This document shows positions 1-6,701 of a stretch of 10,235 nt of DNA, piece after piece; position 1 is the first letter of the stretch; every line of letters begins with the position of its first letter. Source of the DNA: Candidatus Moanibacter sp. (GTDB lineage Bacteria > Verrucomicrobiota > Verrucomicrobiia > Opitutales > UBA2987); assembly GCA_965215885.1 (NCBI GenBank), contig CBDCEW010000015.1, forward strand, positions 1 to 10,235. The letters are read 5' to 3'. Under the pieces are notes generated by a model. It did not search any database. It worked only from the letters and a program-made list of their open reading frames with translations, and was not told the DNA's origin. Both the position numbers and the translations under genes were made by a program.

Positions 1-231
1 GGGCTTAAAATGAAAGGCAAAGATTGAACAAACCATCGTCGCGTTCGTCTTTCCCACTCCGGTTACGGCAAGGATGACCCTGCGTCCAGCGAGAATTCCC
101 GAAACGTAGGGAAAGACCGAGAGCTTGCCCTCCCTTGGCTGGATCAGACTCTGCCGGATCGCAACGATCTCCTGGGGCATGGCGCCGAGGATGAGAGTGA
201 GATTTCGACGCACGGAATTGCTAGCCTGCAT
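1..231 (-). CDS. mtnN: 5'-methylthioadenosine/S-adenosylhomocysteine nucleosidase, N-terminal part (runs off the window start)
   Basis: Manual translation: MQASNSVRRNLTLILGAMPQEIVAIRQSL...GILAGRRVILAVTGVGKTNATMVCSIFAFHFKP. It matches the MTAN motifs I-x-G-A-M-x-x-E and G-x-G-K-x-N-A. An in-frame TGA lies at 235-237. Alternative start GTG at 213. Absent from the ORF track. Confidence 0.88.
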   Translation of the reverse strand, partial: MQASNSVRRNLTLILGAMPQEIVAIRQSLIQPREGKLSVFPYVSGILAGRRVILAVTGVGKTNATMVCSIFAFHFKP

Positions 232-480
232 ATTTCACACAATTCAGAAGCGTGGATGGCAAGGACCGAGCGAAATCCCGTGCGGGCGCGCACTACTGTG
301 CGTAACCGCGCGGGATTTCCGCGAGAACGCAGCCACGCCGTTCTGCCGTACGGCAGACTGGATGTGAGATTTGGCGCAAACTCGAAAGAAGACACGCTTT
401 ATTTGTCCTATAACTCGCAACCAATTATCCATCGTCATCTTAACTCCGGTTGCGCCAAAGCGGTGAAATATGTAGGCAAG
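221..480. mobile_element. MITE-like element (~260 bp) with 18-bp terminal inverted repeats
   Basis: Left end CTAGCCTGCATATTTCAC (221-238) vs reverse complement of right end 463-480, CTTGCCTACATATTTCAC: 16/18 identical. Internal long hairpin ~272-319 and perfect palindrome 342-357. Ends resemble the element at 1545-1726. Confidence 0.65.
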
Positions 481-540
481 AGGGCATGATTTTGAGAACA
501 TTCCGCTATTAACACGATCAATGCAATCTATGAATTGGTT

Positions 541-709
541 TTCGTCGCGATCTAAAATCGAAAGAAGAGAAGATCGACAGGAGATCACGATTGAGAACCA
601 CGATGGATGAGGAATTACCGTTTCGCTCTTCCCATCGTGAATCACAATCGTGATCTAACATCGAAAAGAAAAGATCGACAGGAGATCACGATTGAGACCC
701 ACGATGGGA
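541..709. repeat. AGATCACGATTGAGA-N-CACGATGG hairpin repeat cluster 1
   Basis: Direct copies at 582-606 and 683-709 (101 bp apart). Inverted copy at 630-656 matches 683-709 at 24/27. The flank AAGATCGACAGG is also repeated. Confidence 0.85.
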
Positions 710-850
710 GAGTGGAATTGGAGAGATACGGTGATGCGGGGACACGGAGACGGGGAGAGGGGAAAACGGTTCGAACTTCTCGTGGTGATCCAAAATGGAA
801 CGCTAATCCCTTCGCCGCCACCAACTTTCTTTCTTCTCCCAAGATCCCAC

Positions 851-880
851 TTTCGCGTATTTTCGCGTCCTTTAGCGGGC
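851..880. repeat. 10-bp-period repeat; related copy in opposite orientation at 9861-9889
   Basis: Reverse complement GCCCGCTAAA-GGACGCGAAA-ATACGCGAAA vs GCCCGCTAAA-CACGCGAAA-GAACGCGAAA at 9861-9889. Confidence 0.75.
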
Positions 881-890
881 AACCCTCTTC

Positions 891-928
891 CGAGAACGAG
901 AACGAGAACGAGAACGAGCACGACTACG
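891..928. repeat. Hexamer tandem repeat (CGAGAA)n degenerating to CGAGCA-CGACTA
   Basis: cgagaacgagaacgagaacgagaacgagcacgactacg read directly. Confidence 0.9.
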
Positions 929-954
929 TTTAACCTCACCGACGACCGCCAGGC

Positions 955-1023
955 TGTAGGAGAGGCTTTACGCCTCGATACCTGCCCCACCTTATTCCAT
1001 CGCGGGATAAACCCGCTCCTACA
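955..1023. repeat. Inverted pair of GTAG-type REP sequences (REPIN-like doublet)
   Basis: TGTAGGAGAGGCTTTACGCCTCGAT (955-979) and reverse complement of 999-1023, TGTAGGAGCGGGTTTATCCCGCGAT: 20/25 identical. Each has a GTAG foot and its own 5-bp hairpin. A further GTAG-type remnant lies at ~1053-1076. Confidence 0.85.
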
Positions 1024-1133
1024 TCCCTCTCGAGTATTCGAGCGGGCTCCGTGGTCGCGTAGGCTCTGCCCTACGGAAGGTTCTTCCTCTCCCTCTTTGC
1101 GGCTTTGCGTGAGTACTCTCTTCCGCTCAAGTA

Positions 1134-1421
1134 CTAACTCTCTGGAAGCGCGTCGGGAGACCCTGTTCCAGCGAAGCAGTTGTAGATCCAGCCGAAAATC
1201 GCACCACCCAGTGCTCCATCCACCAGGCCATACAAAGTGCATACGATAACACCGACGAATCCCGAACCGAGGTGGTAGCCCGGGTAGATTGAATCCATAA
1301 CGTCCAGGAAAGCCGTCCCATATTCGGGAGAGATCAGATTGCCGATCCCGACAAAGAGTAGTGCGCCGGCCCAGAGAAGCCCCGAAGTGATCGCTAATGC
1401 CTTAACTGATAATTTCATCAT
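1134..1421 (-). CDS. Small two-TM membrane protein of the family often annotated 'bacteriophage holin' (95 aa)
   Basis: MMKLSVKALAITSGLLWAG...SIYPGY...YGLVDGALGGAIFGWIYN, a recognisable conserved pattern. SD-like AGGGGG just upstream of ATG 1421 favours this start over 1478. Confidence 0.8.
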   Translation of the reverse strand: MMKLSVKALAITSGLLWAGALLFVGIGNLISPEYGTAFLDVMDSIYPGYHLGSGFVGVIVCTLYGLVDGALGGAIFGWIYNCFAGTGSPDALPES

Positions 1422-1544
1422 TTTACCCCCTTTTGTTTTTGTTGCCCCTTCTTTATGCTCGGCTATTACAAAAGCCACGATGCAGGGAACAGATTACAAT
1501 TTATTAGAAACGAAAGGCATTACAAATTGAGGAAGAGGTTCTGT

Positions 1545-1726
1545 CTAGCCCGGACATTTCACACACTTCGTCGCGAGACCGCGTAGATTGCTGCATATCA
1601 TAGCCTTTGCGTAGCACGGCGGGCGACTGTGTGTTGAGACCCTCTGAGGTCACCGGGCAAGGTAAGGCCTTGAGATGCAGTGATATCCGTGGTCGCAGCA
1701 GATGGTTTGTGAAATGTTCGGGCTAG
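1545..1726. mobile_element. MITE (182 bp) with 22-bp terminal inverted repeats bounded by CTAG
   Basis: CTAGCCCGGACATTTCACACAC vs reverse complement of the right end, CTAGCCCGAACATTTCACAAAC (20/22). Imperfect complementarity continues inward. No ORF inside. Confidence 0.85.
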
Positions 1727-1845
1727 CCCTATTGAAGGGGCGAGGGGATCATTTCGGACTTTCTGCGAAATGATTTTCGCTTAGCCTATAGTCCCGTTTT
1801 CTTAGCGCGATTCCGTTATGACCCTTTTTTTCTGCTCGATGCTGA

Positions 1846-3918
1846 TCACTGAGCGCTCTGCGCAACTTGCCCATCAGTGACGAAGTAGAGGTTGATGTTC
1901 GTCAGAAACGTGTCGGTGACCGGTTCCAGACGTCCGTCACCTAGATCGGGCCGCCGTAGTGTATTGCTGATTGACCGTTGGCCATCCGCGGCTACGAATG
2001 GAAAACTGTAAATCTCTCCGTTCGTATCAATTTGAAACTCGCCAGTCGTTTCGGCAAGGTCGCCTCCCGTAATACGGATCTCCGGAATACTTGAGTTCGA
2101 ACTCACGCGAATCGCGGGCTGTGCGTTGCTTGACGGAGTGATATTACCCACGAAAAGGAAGACTCCCACCATCACATCAGGGGCGTCGATTCCAACTATG
2201 CCGTCGCTTCCGGAGAAATTCGCGTTCGCTGCATTGATACCGCCAACTTCGGTTGAACCATCGTTTATGGTCAGTGACTTTATTTCGGCGATTCCGTCAA
2301 CGCTTCCGGCTAACGTATTATCCCTGATAAGACTGATGTCAACGCGGCTCCTGTCATTTCCCAGGCTGAAGAAAGAGACGAATGTGAGTGCCGTTGAGTT
2401 CTGAATCTCGAAGGATGGATGTCCTTTAGCATATACGGTGCCCGGCTGCAGGTAAGGCGAGGTTACGGCTGGACCCTCAAATTCTCCGAGTGTAATCATG
2501 AGGACGGTACTCGGATCATCGCTTCCAAACTCCGCAAACATGAGGTCGCCATCCAATTCGAGAAACGATATGCGCGTTATCTCGCCGGCGATGGAGCTGA
2601 AACTGGCGGTTTCACCTGCGAGTTCGAATCCGTTGTAGGTATTTCCATCGAAGATCGTACCCATGTTTACGAGCTTCGCGTTGCCTTCGACTAGGAGGGC
2701 GGATGCGCCGGTTCCCTGTTGAGTAACGGTAAAGCTCTGGTCTACCTGCGGCGCGGCTTGGAATTGGGTGTTGCCTGGTTGAGAAGCTCTCACCGTTATG
2801 GTCCCGGGTCCCGTTAAGCTCAGAGTGTTATCGGGATTCAGGAGACCGGGCCCGGAGACGACCGCGAAACTGACCGGCAGGCCGCTGGTGGCGTTCGCGG
2901 CCAGTGATACCCGCTCGGTTCCGTAGCCGCGATCGTCGATTTCATCGAATGTGATCGACTGACTCGCCGGTTCGCTACTGGCTACCGATATCGCAAAGGA
3001 AGATTCGACTGAATTGTCATGCGTATCGGTTGCCGTTACGGTGATGGTTGCGGTTCCTGGTGAACTACCCATCACCGCAATCTGCAAAGTGCTCCCGGTA
3101 ATTGTGGCGGAAATGAGGTCGGGATTGGAACTCCCGGCAGCAAAGGCGAGAATGGCAGGTTGGCCTGAATCGTCTGGGTAGATTGAGACTACGGAGACAG
3201 TCATGGACTTTATCAGGTTCTCCTCGGTCAGGGTTGGATTCAAGAGCGGGACCTCGCCAAAGGCACTGTTGAGACTGGCGGAAGCGTCAAAGGTGTCCAA
3301 TGCATTGATTTCGTCCACCACATCCATGCTGCTACCAATAGCGCGTGCGAAAACCGTGAATCCTCCATTCTGATTGTCGAGATTCTCAGAGTTATCCGAA
3401 ACGTTAAAAAAGAACTGGTTCGTAGCACTGTCTGGATCATTGCCCAGCTTCGCCATGGCCACCGTGCCGCGCAGATTCGAAAGACTGAATTCGTTGGCGA
3501 TCGGGTCATCGGTAGGAATTTCGCTTACTACGTTGTCCAGGATCGTGAACCCTCCTCCCTGAACGATAAAATCGGCTACGCTTCGGTGAAAGACGGAATT
3601 GTCGTAGTCGCCATCCTCCGCATAATTGAGAAAGTTCTGTACTGTTCCCGGCGCGTCGCTTGCGAGAAGTTCGATATTTATACCGCCGAGGTTTGTGTCG
3701 AATTGGACGACCTGCCCATCAACTCCTGTAAGGGCGAAATTCTGTGCCAGATCGATTGATAATGGTTCGTCCTCGGTTTGAATATTGATGTCGGCGAGCG
3801 GCGATGATAGGAAAGGAAAGCCTTCCTGCGCCCAGCAAGGACTACCGATGGTGACAGCGACGAACAGGATGGCGGTGGAGCCGCCGGAATTTAGCGGCTT
3901 CTTGAAGGGAAGGTTCAT
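1846..3918 (-). CDS. Secreted cyclophilin-type peptidyl-prolyl cis-trans isomerase with Ig-like and C-terminal beta-rich domains (~690 aa)
   Basis: Cyclophilin motifs APGTVQNFLNY, FHRSVADFIVQGGGF, RGTVAMAK, SATNQFFFN, GFTVFAR. Signal-peptide-like N-terminus from ATG 3918 (MNLPFKK...ILFVAVTIGSPCWA-Q). Ig-like segment QSITF...ATSGLPVSFAVVSGP...GTITVRASQPGN. Confidence 0.9.
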   Translation of the reverse strand: MNLPFKKPLNSGGSTAILFVAVTIGSPCWAQEGFPFLSSPLADINIQTEDEPLSIDLAQNFALTGVDGQVVQFDTNLGGINIELLASDAPGTVQNFLNYAEDGDYDNSVFHRSVADFIVQGGGFTILDNVVSEIPTDDPIANEFSLSNLRGTVAMAKLGNDPDSATNQFFFNVSDNSENLDNQNGGFTVFARAIGSSMDVVDEINALDTFDASASLNSAFGEVPLLNPTLTEENLIKSMTVSVVSIYPDDSGQPAILAFAAGSSNPDLISATITGSTLQIAVMGSSPGTATITVTATDTHDNSVESSFAISVASSEPASQSITFDEIDDRGYGTERVSLAANATSGLPVSFAVVSGPGLLNPDNTLSLTGPGTITVRASQPGNTQFQAAPQVDQSFTVTQQGTGASALLVEGNAKLVNMGTIFDGNTYNGFELAGETASFSSIAGEITRISFLELDGDLMFAEFGSDDPSTVLMITLGEFEGPAVTSPYLQPGTVYAKGHPSFEIQNSTALTFVSFFSLGNDRSRVDISLIRDNTLAGSVDGIAEIKSLTINDGSTEVGGINAANANFSGSDGIVGIDAPDVMVGVFLFVGNITPSSNAQPAIRVSSNSSIPEIRITGGDLAETTGEFQIDTNGEIYSFPFVAADGQRSISNTLRRPDLGDGRLEPVTDTFLTNINLYFVTDGQVAQSAQ

Positions 3919-4057
3919 GACATTGCATTTGAGCCTGATTTTTTGAGCTGGGTAAAGACTATTGTATTCCCTCCGATGATCCTGTCGGACCCTAAGGCAA
4001 CCTATGGCGGCAACCAAACTGAAAGGTTGATACGACAGAAGAGGGGCCACACAGAAA

Positions 4058-4436
4058 CCTGCCGCAGCGAAGCCGCAACCAAAGAAAGAGAGTGAGCGGC
4101 GGAGATATAAACGACCGCGGATGACGCGGATTCACACGGATGAGAGAGGGAGAAAATGGAGGCAAGGAAGCGATAATTGAAAAATTCGCCGTTACATCGA
4201 TAGCAATGGATCACAGATTGACATTTTAATAAGGAAGGCAGGATAGCACGTTGAATGAATCCGCGGTTTTCCCTGGCTCGGCGTAGCGCAGCGAAGACGG
4301 CTCGAATCCGTGGTGCCTTCCTCTTCATTCGTGCCTGCCTCGGCGAAGCCCGAAGGGCGAAGACGGGTCCATTTGCGTCAATTCGCGGTTCTTCTCATCT
4401 TCCCGCTCAGCGGGATTGCGGCTTCGCTACGCCAGG
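4058..4436. repeat. Composite repeat cluster bounded by 23-bp inverted repeats
   Basis: CCTGCCGCAGCGAAGCCGCAACC (4058-4080) vs reverse complement of 4414-4436, CCTGGCGTAGCGAAGCCGCAATC (20/23). Inside: CGCGGAT-type repeats (4113-4141, inverted at ~4257, ~4304, 4368-4390) and two GGCG(A/T)AG-hairpin-CGAAGACGG units (4271-4301, 4334-4367). Confidence 0.75.
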
Positions 4437-4548
4437 AATCTTTATGAAATAAAAATGCGCTAACGCCCTCTATTTGTATAAGCCCGCGAATTCAGGTCGG
4501 TCTTGCATAGATAAACAGAGATCGACGGAGACGGGCCCAGAAAGAAAT

Positions 4549-4644
4549 ATGAAAATCATCGAATACACCATTGAAGTGGCTCTATATCTCACTCTTTGTC
4601 TCGCCGCTGCCGTTTCCATCGGAGTGGCTGTCGGGAGCATATAG
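4549..4644 (+). CDS. Possible 31-aa single-TM small protein
   Basis: MKIIEYTIEVALYLTLCLAAAVSIGVAVGSI*; one clean hydrophobic helix, purine-rich upstream sequence, no strong SD. Confidence 0.35.
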   Translation: MKIIEYTIEVALYLTLCLAAAVSIGVAVGSI

Positions 4645-4782
4645 TGCAAGTAAATTAGGGCGTGTTGCCCAAACCGGGTTCAGTGTAGTTGAGAGTCCTG
4701 GCGGTTTGAGGCTCATCCGCAAGGCGCTCAATCGCGCCGAGACGATTCCGTCGCTCAAAAGCGACACCTTCATCTCCGAATC

Positions 4783-6144
4783 TTGACTTTCCAGTCCGGA
4801 GTCGGCATACATCCTGTCTTGGCAGAAAGGGCAGAACTGGACACTAAGGAGGCACAGCAACTTGCCATCTATGGCGGCACCAGGTGTGTGACCGAATCGA
4901 TGCCGGCGTGGCCACGCCCCAATGAGGAGGAGGCCGAAACTGTACGCGAAAACATTCTTAAGGCCCGCGAGAACTCGCTCTACATGTGTGCTGCGGCGAA
5001 GGGCGGGCCCGGCCGGGAACTTGAGGAATTCATGCAGCGTCAGCTTGGAGTCCCGTTCGCGGTCGCTACTGCCGGTGGCGGACCGGCGCTTCATATCGCG
5101 TGCATGTCGGCCATCGAAATGGGTGACGAAGTCATCGCCACACCCTACTCATGGGGCCAATCCGTTTCCTGCATCCTGCAAGCAGGCGGCATTCCGATTT
5201 TTGCGGATATCGACCCACGGACGCTGACGCTCGACCCCCAGAGTATCGAAGAGAAGATCACACCGCGCACCAAAGCGATTGTGGTGGTGCACATTTTCGG
5301 CATTCCCGCGGACATGGACGCGATCCTCGAAGTGGCTCGCAGGCACGACCTGTGCGTGATTGAAGATTGCGCCCAGGCGCACGGGTCGCTCTACAAGGGC
5401 AAACCGGTTGGAGCGTTCGGCGATTTCGGCTGTTTCTCTCTCGGGTCCGGTAAGAATATCGCTGCGGGCGAAGCGGGCGTCCTCGTAACCGGCGATCGAG
5501 ATAACTATGAGGGCGCTCTCCTGGCGGGCATGCATCCCGCCCGTACCGGTGTCGAGATCGAGGATCCCGAGCGCAGGCAGTGGATTGACAGTCTGATCTA
5601 CACCTATCGTGTGAACGCGCTCAGTGCCGGCCTGGCCGTAAAAATGATGGATCGCTTCGAAGATATGAATCGCTGGCGCCGGCGGAATGTGCAGAGCTTG
5701 AAGGTGCTTCTCGAAGGCGTGCCAGGGATCAATCCCGTAGAATTGCCCGAACATTGCGATCCGGCCTGGCATATGTGCCCGTGGACTTTCGTGGCAGAAG
5801 AGGTGCCGGGCGTCAGCCGAGAGCAATACTTGAAGGCGCTGAAGGCCGAAGGCATTCCGATCTCCGGCAGTTACGTCGCCACGCCCATCCATCTGCGGCG
5901 GACTTTTCGGGAAAAGAGGACCCATTTCGGCAGGGGTTACCCCTGGTCCGCGCATCCCGACCCCGATTCCATTACCTACCGCGTCGGCGACTGTCCCGTG
6001 GCGGAGCACCGTTGCGCGGAGCAAGACATGATCATGCTCGGCAGCGCCGCCTGCGTCGACCTCACGCCGCTCCTGCACCAGATCGCCGACGCCTTCCGCA
6101 AAGTGACGGCAAACCTCGACGCCGTCAGAAAAATCGAGGTCTGA
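4783..6144 (+). CDS. DegT/DnrJ/EryC1/StrS family PLP-dependent aminotransferase
   Basis: Motifs GDEVIATPYSW, GGIPIFADID, ITPRTKAIVVVHIFGIPADMD, IEDCAQAHG, FSLGSGKNIAAGEAG (PLP lysine), CPVAE. Exact start uncertain (TTG 4783 or a little downstream). Confidence 0.93.
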   Translation: MTFQSGVGIHPVLAERAELDTKEAQQLAIYGGTRCVTESMPAWPRPNEEEAETVRENILKARENSLYMCAAAKGGPGRELEEFMQRQLGVPFAVATAGGGPALHIACMSAIEMGDEVIATPYSWGQSVSCILQAGGIPIFADIDPRTLTLDPQSIEEKITPRTKAIVVVHIFGIPADMDAILEVARRHDLCVIEDCAQAHGSLYKGKPVGAFGDFGCFSLGSGKNIAAGEAGVLVTGDRDNYEGALLAGMHPARTGVEIEDPERRQWIDSLIYTYRVNALSAGLAVKMMDRFEDMNRWRRRNVQSLKVLLEGVPGINPVELPEHCDPAWHMCPWTFVAEEVPGVSREQYLKALKAEGIPISGSYVATPIHLRRTFREKRTHFGRGYPWSAHPDPDSITYRVGDCPVAEHRCAEQDMIMLGSAACVDLTPLLHQIADAFRKVTANLDAVRKIEV

Positions 6145-6184
6145 TTCTCCGGACTCCATGCGCCACTTCTCCGGGGGCGCCGAT

Positions 6185-6263
6185 ATTGATGCATCAATTG
6201 TTACCATAGACAGTCTATGCTAGTGCAAATCTTTATGATCCGATCGGATCATAAAGATTTGCA
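6185..6263. repeat. Three consecutive palindromes (14, 15 and 40 bp)
   Basis: ATTGATGCATCAAT (6185-6198), CATAGAC-A-GTCTATG (6205-6219), TGCAAATCTTTATGATCCGA|TCGGATCATAAAGATTTGCA (6224-6263, perfect, no spacer). Confidence 0.95.
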
Positions 6264-6321
6264 ATCTAAGCGTGGGTTGGCACTGAAGGCGGAACCTTTT
6301 TCTGAACCAAATACCTCCTGG

Positions 6322-6483
6322 CTACTGGTCCTTCCTTTCGTCGCTCGGTGCGTTCTCCTCGTCCTGCTCTGTTTTCGTATCGTCTGGTTTCTTGTAATCA
6401 CCAATAACCCCTTTGAGGGGGCAGACCGTGAATGCCGGACATTTCTTACAGCCGGCTACTAATGCGATCGGGCATAGTGTCAT
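6322..6483 (-). CDS. 53-aa Cys-rich small protein (C-x7-C-x2-C-x5-C) with acidic tail
   Basis: MTLCPIALVAGCKKCPAFTVCPLKGVIGDYKKPDDTKTEQDEENAPSDERKDQ*; strong SD AAGGAGG (6492-6498) 8 nt before the ATG. Absent from the ORF track. Confidence 0.85.
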   Translation of the reverse strand: MTLCPIALVAGCKKCPAFTVCPLKGVIGDYKKPDDTKTEQDEENAPSDERKDQ

Positions 6484-6533
6484 TCTCAATTCCTCCTTGT
6501 TTAGTATTTGGCGCGGTTACCTGCTTGATGTGT

Positions 6534-6701
6534 TCAATAGATATTCTCATCGGTTTCGGCTTCGGGATCAGTGAAGGTACCCTCGACCGGTTCACCGACG
6601 CGGATGTGCCCACAAGTCTGTTCCAGTTTGGTCACGCGGACGATACATTCAAGAAGAATGGGAAGCTCGCCGGCAGCGATCCGTTGAACGCTCACCTGCA
6701 T
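6534..6701 (-). CDS. Possible 55-aa hypothetical protein
   Basis: MQVSVQRIAAGELPILLECIVRVTKLEQTCGHIRVGEPVEGTFTDPEAETDENIY*; ATG overlaps the end of the upstream ORF and fills the gap in a co-oriented run. No recognisable motif. Confidence 0.3.
   Translation of the reverse strand: MQVSVQRIAAGELPILLECIVRVTKLEQTCGHIRVGEPVEGTFTDPEAETDENIY

Noticed and set aside
240..480. SAH or SAM riboswitch upstream of mtnN
   Set aside because: No recognisable consensus; the structure is better explained as the interior of a TIR-bounded element.
541..709. Possible CRISPR array (two ~25-bp repeats at regular spacing; also 8209-8335)
   Set aside because: Only two direct copies per locus, the 101-bp period is too long, the spacers contain inverted copies of the repeat, and no cas genes are present.
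125..1249. ORFs 125-367, 144-395, 244-645, 256-489, 607-933, 642-842, 655-1242, 692-1249
   Set aside because: They are translations of MITE and repeat DNA (ENENEN, RTRTRT, VLVLVL, CEICRL) or overlap mtnN; none has a protein-like motif.
1748..1774. Hairpin ATCATTTCG/CGAAATGAT as terminator of the PPIase gene
   Set aside because: The U-tract is on the plus strand, the wrong orientation for the minus-strand gene, and the stem is weak.
3919..4050. Extended N-terminus of the PPIase ORF (start at 4050)
   Set aside because: It would bury the signal peptide; ATG 3918 gives a normal secretion signal.
5149..6207. 352-aa antisense ORF and other frames over the aminotransferase
   Set aside because: Shadow ORFs of a GC-rich gene with a clear family match on the plus strand.
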